DNA of 64,000 nt from Podarcis filfolensis (Eukaryota), in assembly GCA_964270895.1 (NCBI GenBank), contig OZ185442.1; one strand, 5' to 3'. Every line of letters begins with the position of its first letter. Position 1 is the stretch's first letter. Under the pieces are notes generated by a model. The model ran no database searches. It had not been told where the DNA came from and worked only from the letters and a program-made list of their open reading frames with translations. Below are positions 1 through 38,339 of this stretch, one piece after another. The position numbers and the translations under genes are program-made.

Positions 1-26925
<26,925 letters not shown>

Positions 26926-27093
26926 TTCATCGCTGGATGCCTATGAAAGTGAGAGAGCAACAGGTGACACATTGTCTGAAAAGTCGGGGCGAGTCTCCTC
27001 CAAGTTCTGGTACTGGACACCGAGCTGGGAGCATCAGCACTAGGGAATGGGAGGAAACCTGGTTTATGAGCTCCAGCTTCCATCAGCCACAGA

Positions 27094-27209
27094 TATGGGC
27101 ATAGCCAGGGGGGCAGGCTTTTGTTAGGGGGGACAGAACCTCAGATTTGTATTGATTTGTATTGATTGGGGGGCAGTTGCCCCCCGGCCCCTCCTTGGCT
27201 ACGCCCATG
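27094..27209. mobile_element. hAT-like MITE (116 bp)
   Basis: 14-bp TIRs TATGGGCATAGCCA / TGGCTACGCCCATG (two transitions); flanking 8-bp TSD GCCACAGA / GCCACAGC. Confidence 0.75.
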
Positions 27210-29415
27210 GCCACAGCTAGCGTGGCCTGATGGAGTGGGATGCTAGGAGTTTGGCTACTCATGCTTCCTGCTGCTTCTCTAAGTTTGCCTCTTTGGCTCA
27301 GGACAGGAAATACCTTGCTCTCACCAGCCATACAGATAACTGCACCTTCCAAACTTAGAACTTTTCCAGTTGTTGAGTTCTGAATCCTGGAACAGATAGA
27401 GCTCCTTGAAGAGAACCATCAGAAGCCCCAATCCAGCAACAGTTCCGGAAAAACGAGGCCCCAGGGGGTAGTGTGGGAAATTCCCCTCACTGAGTAAGAC
27501 AGCAAAGGCAGAAGGAAGAAGAGAGCTTCAGAGCACAGACACAAAGAGGAAGTGGGTGCAGAACAGCTCAGTTAAGGACTGCTAGCATTTGTTTGCACAC
27601 AGCAAGCTCTGATGAAGAGCAGCAGCAGCAGCAGCCCTACGGGAGCTTTTCATTCAGCAAAGAGAAGGAACTTCTTCATGCTTGAGCTTCTGGATCATAA
27701 AAAGTTTTGTATTTTAAGTCTCTGAATGACAAGTGGGCAGGCAAGGTTAGAAGAAGAAGCAGGAACACCCCCTCCTGAATGAGTTTCCTCGCTCACTTTC
27801 TATCCCCCACAGAAGAGTGAGTTTGTTGATTTGCACTAGCTACAGATCTCCAAGAGCAGGAAGACAGAGTTGGTTCACAACAGAATGTGAGTCTAGCAAC
27901 CACGCAAGCTGCTCAGGAGGAACCAAACCAAGTCAGCTAATCATTAACACATTCAATCATTGCATATTTATTACTCTCCTTCAAACCCAGCACTCTGTGA
28001 AGGTGATAGGTGACACACATACCAATTCACTTCATTCCCTCCATGGTCTCAGATGCATTGAGAATGAGCCAAAAATTGAGTTAAACAGAACATAAGGTAA
28101 ATTATAGGTGGATGGTGTTAGATCAATCCCACATATGGGTACAGTTGTAGTGTACCCAGAGAACATCAAAGTTGGTAGTTCCTTTCAACAAAATGAGCAA
28201 GATGCAAACAAGAAGTTCAGTAGTTCACACACAGCAATGCAAGAGGCAGTGGCAAAAATCACTCAACATGCCTCATGACATGTCTACATCAGCTGTTATC
28301 TGCATGACAGAGAGTGCTGTCCTCTCTCCTTTGTGAAATAGGATTTTACTCCCTTATTTCTTTGTAGAACTCTCTGGAGCTCCTTTAAAGAGTCCCTATG
28401 TTTCCCACAGGAGTCCTTGCAACAACCAGGAAGAATCTACACAATTCATTTGCACACACACACACACACCTTTGTTTAAACAGTATCACTTAGGCTACAG
28501 TAAATCTTTACAAGTAGCTGCAGCAGCCAGCCAATTCAAGAAGCAAACCTGTCTCAATCCTTGCGCTTATGTATAGTGAGCACATAAACAGCAGTTCCAA
28601 CAGAAAAGCTGAATCCCAAACAATAAGCAACGCAATAAAAGAAGCAATACAAACTTCCCTATAATCTGAGCAAAGCAAATAAGTGGATGAACCTCCTTTG
28701 CATGTGTCCAAGGAACGTCATGGTGCCCTTAGTAGAGCCAAAGGCTATTCTGTGGGTACCTTAGAAAAGGAGGAAGGGCACCCAATGGTTTGATGCAGCC
28801 TCATCATACAGCAAGGCACTGTAGAGCAACACAACTGAAAAGCACACCCTATACAGACCGTCTGGACACTTCCACTGGCACAAAACGTAGCAATTTGTCC
28901 CACAGCTGAGTAGGTTAATGGCAGCCCAGCTCTCTGGGGAAAACTCTACAGTGACTGCCAAAAAATAAGTCCAGGTGTCCATAGTCATATGAAAGCAACT
29001 CTTACCCAGTGTTAGAAACTGAGATATGAAGCTAGGAGCTAAATGGCATCTTAAACCTAGGTTGTGGGTGCAACAACAGCACACTTTTAAAATAACAACG
29101 CAAAGCTGAAAATAAACAAACTGCAGCTAAAATATTATGGTCATTTTTCACATTGTTTATTGCTTCCCCTGCTCACCCCCCCCCCCAATATTCTTAAGAG
29201 GGTCTCTTCTCCAGTCTTCAGAGAGTAGCTGGAAGTGGGGAGGCAGAAAAAGGTCCTTCTTTCCTTCCACTCCGCAGTTTTAATCTGAAATCTTTGGTGC
29301 AGTACTCTGCCCAGAGCTCAGAAACTGTTCACACTAATGAAATTCCATCACAAAATGTGCCTAAAACAATGGGAGTTTTGAACACTGCTCTCACCAACCT
29401 AGTATACTCCAGTTG

Positions 29416-29466
29416 TTTTGGACTACAACCGTACTGGCTAAGGATGATGAGAGTTGTAGTCCAAAA
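29416..29466. repeat. Inverted-repeat core of a short palindromic non-autonomous element
   Basis: Perfect 14-bp arms TTTTGGACTACAAC / GTTGTAGTCCAAAA; related degenerate copies near 43450, 51480 and 59680. Confidence 0.7.
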
Positions 29467-30090
29467 CTGCTGAAGGGCAGGCAGCAGGCTAACGTAGTCT
29501 GCCTTAAAGGGCCTGAGGCCCTCTTCACCGTAGAGCAGTCCGCCTCATAGAAAGTACATATCTTAAGGGCACCTTCTGAACAGACGAGCTCAGCTGCTGA
29601 GGTACTCAGAGAGACAGCCCTTGCCCTCTTTAAAGCTTTCAAGGGACGAGGCAGGCAGGCAGTGGGGCTGGAGACCCAGGGTGCCTGCGGTTTCCAAGCC
29701 TGTCGACATTATATACGCACACATACAGCAAAAATATTTGGTGTTTGCTCAGGCCTTCCGTTTCTAAAGGTTTTGGCTGACTACTTCATCCCTTCATTTG
29801 CCAACTTCGCCTTTCCTGTAGCTTCGCGGGGCGGGGGTTGTTGTTGCTGTTATAACCTGAAAAGCGGGATGGAACTAACAACCCCTAAAAACAGACAAAC
29901 AAACGAATGTTTGTTTGTTTTTAAAAAGAGAAACTCAGGAGTGTTTTGTTTTTTAAAGCTGCCCGCTGATTTTCAAAATGTTGGAGAGAAGGAAGCCAAG
30001 CAAGCAAGCAAGCGGGTGTGGGTATCCGTATGTGTCAATCACAGCAGCGGCCAGAACCCCCGCTTCCCACCCTCAAATCTCCAGACTTAC

Positions 30091-30180
30091 CGGCGACGGT
30101 TCCCAGCTTCTTCCCACTTCCACCTCCTGTAGTCATGGGTCATGTGACAAGTGACACGTCACGTGACACATACTTCGGAA
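30091..30180 (-). other. WWP2: WWP2 non-coding exon 1 (donor certain, 5' end approximate)
   Basis: Consensus donor GCCG|gtaagt at 30091/30090 inside the CpG island; TSS not determinable from sequence. Confidence 0.7.
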
Positions 30181-30600
30181 GTGGAAAGGGAGGCTACGGA
30201 GCCGGGACGGCTAGAACGGAATGGCGGAGGAAGCGGTGGCTGCAGGGGCTCCGACTTCCGGTTGTCGGGATGAGGCAGGAGTGGAAATCGCGTGTTCCCT
30301 TTCCAAGTTATGAGGTCTTGTCGGACTGGAAGTATAAGTTTATTTCCCCGGGATTCTTTGGAGGTGGGTGGGCGGCATCAAAAGTATTAGATTAAAAGCC
30401 CCGCCTTCAAACAATGCAATGCTCTGTCTATTCTTTTTTAAGTCTAGGAAGAAAGGGCGGTTTTAGAGGGGGACTACAGCTCCCAGCATGCCTTTCTTCC
30501 GCGAACTATCCTGTATGAGGCCCACAGTTCCCAGCATGCTCCACAATGGAGAGCTGGGGGGAGACTACACTTCCCAGAGTGCCCTGGGAGTCACAGTCTA
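30135..30600. promoter_or_regulatory. WWP2/NOB1 bidirectional CpG-island promoter
   Basis: GTCACGTGAC at 30158-30167 and GTCATGTGAC at 30139-30148; ETS-type CGGAAGT / ACTTCCGG near 30176-30182 and 30254-30261; three ZNF143/THAP11-type ACTACAnnTCCCAG motifs at 30473-30492, 30521-30540 and 30564-30583. Confidence 0.85.
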
Positions 30601-30612
30601 AAGAGGGGCAAA

Positions 30613-30675
30613 ATGGCTCCCGTGGAGCACGTCGTGGCTGATGCTGGAGCTTTCCTGCGTGGAGCCCCGCTTCAG
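30613..30675 (+). CDS. NOB1: NOB1 exon 1
   Basis: MAPVEHVVADAGAFLRGAPLQ|gtacag. Confidence 0.95.
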
Positions 30676-31621
30676 GTACAGTGGGAGAAGGCTGAGAACG
30701 GCTGCCTAGCTTGGCCAGTGGCCCACTGGGGAGCCGCGCGAGAAAGGACCAAAGGCCCAGCTGTATGCTTTACTTTGCGGTAGATTTTTGTTGGACCTGG
30801 AGACTTTTATTAGGCCATGCCGAGTAGAGAGAGAAAGCTGCCTAGACAGAGACTCTCCTTGGAGCGCATGGCAGGTTGGGGTTGTGCGGCTGGAGGTTGT
30901 CCCCTGTCCCTTGACAGCTTCAGGTGGTTGGGAAGGGACACACACACACACACACCCGCCTACCAAGCCAAGGTGGCTCCTCAGAATGTTGCATGGGACT
31001 CCTGGTGTCCCCTCCCTTGTTGCAGGTGGCCCTGTTATGCTTCTCGGTATGTGGGCATCCCAGAACCCCCAGATTAGCTTTTGCTCCTAGAGAGTGAGTA
31101 GTAGGTCAGGAGAGGTGTGGCTATAGGTCTGCCTCTCTCTTCCCTAACCTAGTTGCACACCACCACCCCGGCCCAGCCCCCTTCCAGCCCTCAGGTTCCT
31201 GATCCACTTGCAACAGCTCTCAGCTGTGTCTTCCCCACTGGCAGGACATTGGCAAGAACATCTACACAATCCGAGAGGTGGTGACTGAGATCCGAGACAA
31301 GGAGACCCGCAGGCGGTTGGCAGTGCTGCCCTATGAGCTCCACTTCAAGCAGCCTTTTCCTGAATATGTAAGGCTTGGTGAGTAGCCTCTATTTCGTGGT
31401 CTGTGCTTCCTGCCCCTCTCCCACCCCATCCCCTCTTCCGTGACTTGCCTTTTGCTTTTTGTAAGTAACTTTGAGCTCTTGACTAGAGAGCAAAGGGTGG
31501 TATTCAATTCTAGTCCTACTCAGGGTAGACCCATTGAGATTAATGGAGATGACTTACTTTCATTAATTTCAGTTGATCTACTCTGGGTGTGGCTTTGTTG
31601 ACTATAACCCCAGCTAACATG

Positions 31622-31687
<66 letters not shown>

Positions 31688-34600
31688 GGTCAGGAGTAGA
31701 AATCAAGCTGATCACCCACAATCGCTTCATTGTTACTTGCTCTTTGATATGTTTTCCCAGTGCCCTCTGGAATTAGAGAAGCTCTTTTTCTCATGACCGG
31801 TTGTGATTTCCTAATTTTGCCTCTGGACTTGAACACTGAAATCCTCCTTTGTTTCTAGTGACGGAGTTTTCCAAGAAGACAGGTGACTACCCCAGTCTTT
31901 CAGCCACAGACATCCAAGTCCTGGCCTTGACCTACCAGCTGGAAGCAGAAAATGTTGGTGTGGCTCACTTGAAGAAAGAGCCAGAGCAGAAGGTGAATCT
32001 TCCTTCTTTTATTATTTCTCTTTTGAAGGGCCCTTTTCTAGCAAAATATTTATTTACTATGATGTTGGTTTTGTATCCTGCTTTTCAGGCAAATGTTTTC
32101 TTCCAAACAACTCACATTAATTAAAAGACAGGCAGAGAGAGGTCCTGCCCTTAGGCTTACACACTTTAAAAAACAAGACACACAAGAGAAGGGGAAATAA
32201 GGGAAGCGGGGGGGGGGGGGTGTTGACCAGATGGATAATGCCAGAAACCAAGTGGTGGGATGAGCACAGGCATTACTGTCTAGTTGGGGCCCAGATAATA
32301 TTTCCTTGCTTGGACAGAGATGCTGTAAATGACCCTGCAGCCCTTGTTCCTCTGGCTCATGTCAGCATTTGCTCCTACCTTTCATCTGTGCACTCCCAGG
32401 GCAATTGAAAAGGGTTCTTTCTGCCAGTGAGGAGAGAAGTCAACTCCCTCTGTGGCTGATAGAGGAGGCCCCTTGTTGCAATATTCTTCCTATCCAGTAG
32501 GAGGGGGCAATCCAGTTACACATGAATGCAGGACACTCTTGCCACCAGCTGCATGTGTTAACAACCTATGTTTCGTCTTTGTCTGTTTCCTGCTGCTGCA
32601 AATGCCAAACAGGCTGATTATGCACTCCCTGAATCCTGTCCTATGCTCTGCTGTGTCTTGAATGCCATTCTTCTTGCCATTGCTGCTCAAAAGCTGATCA
32701 GACTCTGGGATGGTAGGTTTTGTGAGGCAGCTGCTGCTGATGCAAAAATCAACAATATGCCCTACCTGACCCACATTCCACTTTCTTTTCTCTCCCCACC
32801 CTGGATCCTTGCAGGTAAAACTCAGCTCAACAAAGCAGCACCCTGAGACACCTGTTCACGTTGCTGGCTTCCATCTACCTTCCAAGGTAATTGCCTCTGT
32901 GAGCAATCTGAAACTCTGCCCCACTATTCATGGAAGGAGTATGAACAGAGAGTAGCACAGTGATGACTCACTGCCCCTCCCTGCCTCCTGGTTGCACGGG
33001 GTGTAATCTGGGAATGACCAGGTGTGCAAGTTGAGCCCTTGCGCTAGAAGTCCTTGATAGGCAGCATCTCCTCCTTGGCTTGTGTGACGATCCAGTGACC
33101 ATTCGGCATCTACCAGAAGACTAAAGGAAGAGGTAACCACAAATGGTTTTTCTAAGAGGGCCATGGAGGATGGGCAAATCGCTCAGTGGTGAGCACCTGC
33201 TTTGCCTGCAAAAGGTCCCAGGTTCAATCCCAGTCAGCATCTCCAGGTACACACCCCAGAGAGCCATTGCTGCCAGTCAGTGTAAGCAATCTGGAGCTTG
33301 TATATGACTGTTTCTTCCGGCAATTCATACATGTCAGCTTTTCTTCTGCCCAACTTTTCTTCTAGACCAAGTGCGCAGGAGGTGAGAAGAATCCTTCCGT
33401 GGTGGGAAGCAGAAACTCTGCAGACTCCACAGGCCCTGAAACCTCTGAGTTTGGTTCCTTCCTGTTCTGGAGGAACCCTCTGCCCAGCATTGAGGAGGAC
33501 CTACAGGACTTGCTGGTAAGAAGTCTAGCATTCTTTCCTTTCTTCCTGCCTCAATGGGACACAGGCACCACCTTCATCTCTGCAGCCTGGGAAGGTTCCG
33601 TGCTCAGCGGATCCTCTCCCAATTGGTCTGTTTTTCGCAGAAAGCGGATGCTGTTGTTATTGTGCCGGAGGACCCCAAAGGCAACAAGAGTAGTGGTGAG
33701 GAGGAGGAGCAGAGTGGAGAGGACAGCGATGACGAGGAAGGCTGGATCACGCCTAGCAACATCAAGCAGATCCAACAGGGCATGGGCCAGGCTGATGAGC
33801 CAGCTGGTGTGCAGGTTGGCTGTGTCACCACCGACTTTGCCATGCAGGCAAGTGTGGGCTGTGTGAGACCAGGTGGTCCCCAGGGCTTGAGGGGAGGGAG
33901 AAGGATGTATGCTTACCTTTTCGTCCTTGCTTCCATGCACCCAGTCTAGTCCTGTAAGCCTCCTGCTACATTCTTGTGCCTGCTACAGCTGCCTGGTCCA
34001 GGCTTCCTGGAGGCCCAGCAGAGGTTTTATGGTCTATGTTGGAAGAACATGATGAGAATAGGAGGGACAGAAAGGGTGGCTCATGAGCAGCAAGGGGTGA
34101 CTTGGGTGGCAGCAGGAAGCTGAGAAGAGGGAATGGAAGTGGCCAGGTGAAGAGCAGAGGGATGAGAGAAAGAGAGGAGAAGCTCCAGAAGGTGGATTGA
34201 AGGCAAACAGGCAGTGGGACAAAAACAGGAAGGGGAGAGGGGAAGCAGCCCTTTGTGCTCCGAGTTGGGCAACCTGGCAGACCTGAAGGAGAGGAAACTG
34301 GGGACTCTCTTTCAACTGGAGAAGCTTGGTCAGCCCAGCAGCAAAAGAAGAGCAAGCATTTTGTGTTTCTTAAAAAGGAGAGCAAGCATTGCCTTATTTT
34401 AGCTCCAGCCCTTTCCAAGACCCCAGCCTATGGAGTATCCAAAGTCTGTTGAGAGGGACTTGCCCTGCACCAGCATCATGGGTGCTGATTGGGCTCCCTT
34501 CCCCTTCTCTGGTCTCTTTCCCACAGAACATTCTGCTGCAGATGGGCCTGCATGTGTTGGCAGTCAATGGCATGCTGATCCGGCACACCCGGAGCTACGT

Positions 34601-35744
34601 CCTGCGCTGCCACGGCTGCTTCAAGTATGTGATGAGTTGGTGGCTGGGCTGCAATCTCTGGCATATGGGCAACAGCTGGGGCTGTGTCCAGCCGTATTCA
34701 GGAGATGCCCCCTGGGCTTAGGCAATGGGCTGCTGCCAAGGTTGTCAACCTGCTGACCTGGCTTCTCTGCTTTCCTCCAGAACCACATCAGAAATGACCC
34801 GGCTCTTCTGCCCCCACTGCGGGAACAAGACGCTTAAGAAGGTGGCGGTGAGCGTGGACGATGATGGCACCATCCACATGCATTTTTCCCGGAATCCCAA
34901 GGTCTTGAACCCCCGTGGCCTCCGGGTGAGCAGCTCTGCTCTGGGCTCCAGTGCTCTTATGGGCTTTCCGCGCTTGTTGTCGTCTCTGTTGGCTGCCTGT
35001 GCTCCCAGCTGAGCACCTGAGGCAAGAAGTAAGAGTCTGCAGCAGGCCATGATGGCCTCTGGGGCCAGCAGAAGAATCTTCTCTGGGCTTATTTATTTCC
35101 TCCCAATGGCAAAAGTTCTGTGGCCAGTGCTATCCAGTGTAGCTTTAAGGAACTTGTTCCACTAGCACAACGATTTATGGTTGTGCAGCAAAATTTCCCC
35201 CTGCATGTGTCCTACGCCTTCCCAAATTTTCTCCAAAGAGTTGGGGGAACCCCATAACAGATTATGGGAGGAGAAGATGTGGGGGTGTCTGTTGTGCAGC
35301 TCATGCTACAACAATGAGTGGTTTGGATACCACTGTAAGTAAAAATGTAAAACCGTAACTTGGAAAAAATACAACAAGGATGAAAGTCAAGTGTGAGATG
35401 CCTCTCCCTGTCAGGGGTGTGGGGCAGGGTGCATTGGGCCTTTTGGCTTCACTGGGGCCTCTTTCTTTCCACAGTACTCTCTCCCAGCTCCTCAGGGTGG
35501 GAAGCACGCAAACAATCCCCACCTGACAGAGGACCAGCACTTCCCCCAGCAACGGCTCTCTCGCAAGGCCAGGCAGAAGACAAACGTCTTTGACCCCGAT
35601 TATATTGCGGGAGTTTCTCCATTTGCGGAAAACGACATCTACAGCCGGGCGGCCAATCTACAGATCCGGGATACGGCGCTGGGTGCAGGCAGGAGGCGTC
35701 TGAACCCCAACACAGCCTCCAAAAAATTTGTGAAAAAGAGATGA
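30613..35744 (+). CDS. NOB1: NOB1, PIN-domain endonuclease for 18S rRNA 3' processing; complete, 423 aa
   Basis: Exons 30613-30675, 31245-31377, 31859-31992, 32815-32886, 33366-33515, 33641-33847, 34527-34624, 34781-34925, 35475-35744 total 1272 nt in frame. MAPVEHVVADAGAFL PIN start, WITPSNI motif, CHGC...CPHC zinc ribbon, ends SKKFVKKR*. Confidence 0.97.
31245..31377 (+). CDS. NOB1: NOB1 exon 2
   Basis: gcag|DIGKNIYTIREVVTEIRDKETRRRLAVLPYELHFKQPFPEYVRL|gtgagt. Confidence 0.95.
31629..31686. repeat. Compound microsatellite (CA)19(GA)10
   Basis: Read directly, NOB1 intron 2. Confidence 0.95.
31859..31992 (+). CDS. NOB1: NOB1 exon 3
   Basis: tctag|(V)TEFSKKTGDYPSLSATDIQVLALTYQLEAENVGVAHLKKEPEQK|gtgaat. 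Confidence 0.95.
32815..32886 (+). CDS. NOB1: NOB1 exon 4
   Basis: tgcag|VKLSSTKQHPETPVHVAGFHLPSK|gtaatt. Confidence 0.93.
33170..33330 (+). mobile_element. tRNA-derived SINE (degenerate)
   Basis: A box gctcagtggt, B box ggttcaatccc, followed by the gagagccattgctgccagtcagtgtaagcaat body shared with other copies. Confidence 0.7.
33366..33515 (+). CDS. NOB1: NOB1 exon 5
   Basis: tctag|TKCAGG...SEFGSFLFWRNPLPSIEEDLQDLL|gtaaga. Confidence 0.92.
33641..33847 (+). CDS. NOB1: NOB1 exon 6 (GC donor)
   Basis: cgcag|KADAVV...EDSDDEEGWITPSNIKQIQ...VGCVTTDFAMQ|gcaagt. Confidence 0.9.
34527..34624 (+). CDS. NOB1: NOB1 exon 7
   Basis: cacag|NILLQMGLHVLAVNGMLIRHTRSYVLRCHGCF(K)|gtatgt. Confidence 0.95.
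34781..34925 (+). CDS. NOB1: NOB1 exon 8
   Basis: tccag|TTSEMTRLFCPHCGNKTLKKVAVSVDDDGTIHMHFSRNPKVLNPRGLR|gtgagc. Confidence 0.95.
35475..35744 (+). CDS. NOB1: NOB1 exon 9 coding part
   Basis: cacag|YSLPAPQGGKHANNPHLTEDQ...RRRLNPNTASKKFVKKR*. Confidence 0.95.
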   Translation, partial: YSLPAPQGGKHANNPHLTEDQHFPQQRLSRKARQKTNVFDPDYIAGVSPFAENDIYSRAANLQIRDTALGAGRRRLNPNTASKKFVKKR

Positions 35745-35889
35745 GGTGGGGAGAGATGCAACCACCCACCTGTCCCATTTGTCAATGAAGGGAGGACAAG
35801 ACTTTTGTTTCCTACAGCTTGTGTGAAGGCAGGACTTTGCCCCTTGGCGCTACTTCCTGACTGCTTCCAAGGCAACAGACACTAGTGTG

Positions 35890-36058
35890 AATAAAGGGCA
35901 AGCAGCAGGAAGGTGGGAGGCAGACTGACAAAGTGATCTGGAAAGTGAGAGTGGCCCTCGTGTGGCAGAATCCATGTGCTGCGCTCAGGTCTTGGGTGCA
36001 TTCTAATGCAAAAGACTCGGCAGCGGTGGCTGCATGTTTTGTTTTGTTTTTTAATAAA
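35890..36058 (+). terminator. NOB1 polyadenylation signals (two AATAAA)
   Basis: AATAAA at 35890-35895 and 36053-36058; the second is followed by GU-rich ggtgtctg repeats. Confidence 0.65.
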
Positions 36059-38339
36059 CCAGGGTGTCTGCACATTTGGTGTCTGTGCACAGCTCTTTGT
36101 GGTTTAGCTTGTCCCTTTCCTGACAACTAGACCCCTTTTCTCCCATGAGCCTTTCCCTTGTAGCAGTCAAGAGCACAAGCCTTGGCCTTTTTCTACCAGG
36201 TCTTCAGCCATACAGTAAGCTGGTTGGGATGGCTAGACTGGAAGCACTGCTCTTTGACTGTCTTCTATCACATTGCTGGCTGCAAACTTTTGAGTTCCAC
36301 AAAGCTCTTCCTTAGAAGTGGCTGTTCAAAGCAAAAACAGAAAAGTTTACGGCCCAGTAGCTGATTAACCCCAAAACACACATCCATGTGGGCTAATAAG
36401 AGTAGGAACCTGTAAAAGCCTGTTTAATTTTTGGTCTAAATAGCTACGCTGGGGAATAGGCCTCTGTTTAACTAAAAAGATCACTTCCACTATTGTCAAA
36501 ACATATGACAATAGGTTGCCTAAAATCTTTTCTCTTTTGTGAAAAGGTGTTAAAGAGCCATGAGAAGGACAACTGCAGGAATGTCACAAAAAACTGCAAA
36601 AATGCCTGGCAATGAGCTGGTGGCAACTCCATAAGGCCACGTCCTACTCACAGATACTCACAGAGAGAGCCGCAGGTGTTCTCCCCCAGCCCTCTGGTGG
36701 GTCCTCTTGCAAGACAAGTTGTGTCACATTTTCTACTGCTTCCTGCCTTGGGCTACAGCAAATCCTCCTTGCACTTAACAAGCCTTTTCCTTGTAGAGGA
36801 AAGGTTAATGGCCAGTTTGCTGCAGACTGGCCCCTGTTCCATTCCTCCTAACTATGCCCCAACATGCAACAAAGGCCCACTATATACCTGGGAGCAAAAC
36901 TGACTAGTAAATGAAATTTGATTAGATAGATTTCTAGTGCAAACAAAGGGCCCTGCCCAGTCCTTGCATAGCTCTAGTTAAGTCGCTAACAGTGCCCCAC
37001 CCTGGCACCACACAAAGTTAATCTGGGCATTTGCAGCTTGAATGAAAGGGCTGTCAAAAACATTCTTTGCCATCTTCTAGGGAGGCAGTTGCCAACTTCA
37101 TAGGCACGCCTAGCCTGCTTGCTTTGTTCTGAATCTGCAGTGCAAACACCAAAGACCTGCCCTTGGTGGCTAGGACTTAAACACAGGAGTGGCTTACACT
37201 TACATACACACACACACTTTTAGCAAAGTTTGGTGACTTGTACCTTTCTCTTTTACCTGTTCCCATATACCTTTCGCCAAAAACTGCTGCTTCCTATTGG
37301 AATTGTATTCTACTAATTAATTAATATGAATTCCCATATGTATTGAAAATACTCCCAGGAGGTGTGTGATCTTGCCACAGAGCAGAGCATTCAGAGAAAT
37401 GACCATCACCCAAAATTCATGTGACATTGCTGCCTCTGGATCCATCCCATTACAGTACTGATATAGAAGATAGCCATGGTCAGCAACAGAAGCTAGTTTG
37501 GTACAGCCTGAAATCATTTTACTACTTCCAAATACTGTCCACAGGATTCTTTGTAGTGGCACCCAGAGGCTGTTGGGGAACACCAGTGGCCTCACAGGAA
37601 ACTGATTCAACATGTTTGTGAGGACCCAAGTGCCACGCCGAGCACAGAGATACCTCTTAGCAAGGCTCCTGGCCTGCTTGGAGTTTAATTAGCATGTTTG
37701 TTCTCCTTTGTTTATGACTGGACTAAGGACTACAGCAACATCTTGGGCCCTGGGGACCCCCTTAAAAAGTCCTAGTTCTCTCTGATTGCTTTGGATACCA
37801 TTTGCCTGTTGTCAATGCCAGCAGTCCAGTAGTCCCTTGATAGGAGCCTGAGCTGGTAAGGCTTTGTGTATTTGCCTAGCCTTCTCCCCAATGTGGCAGC
37901 AAGAGCAAGAGCTAAATCTTTCATGTGCTTACTATTTCACATGCTCCCATTTTTTCATTTGGTAATTTCTCCCTCCAAAGATCCAAGCAGTAATCTGAGC
38001 TGTACAAAGAGCTCGATGAATGATGCAGTGGATGGGTGTCGGGAATAAGTTGTTGGCATCGTCTGTCTTGGGAGACAACGGAAAAGGGCACCTTTGGGTA
38101 AAATCAAACTGCTGGAGAGTTACAGCACTCTGGGTGTAGAGACCAATGCAGAAGAAACATGTTTTGTTGCAGCAGGGGCAGATGAAGATGTCTGGTTGTG
38201 GTACAGCAGAGGCACCATGGCATTTCTTCTCTCTGCGCCCCTCCCAGCGGTCATTTCTCCTCTGCTCACTGCTGTGGATCCATGCCCTGACTGTCATTTT
38301 AGGACAGACAAAGGAAAAGGCTTCTCCACACAGCACATA

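Noticed and set aside
33175-33245. tRNA-like sequence (also near 45000-45040, 55900-55965 and 56632-56690)
   Set aside because: A and B boxes are present but there is no complete cloverleaf, and each continues into a shared SINE body.
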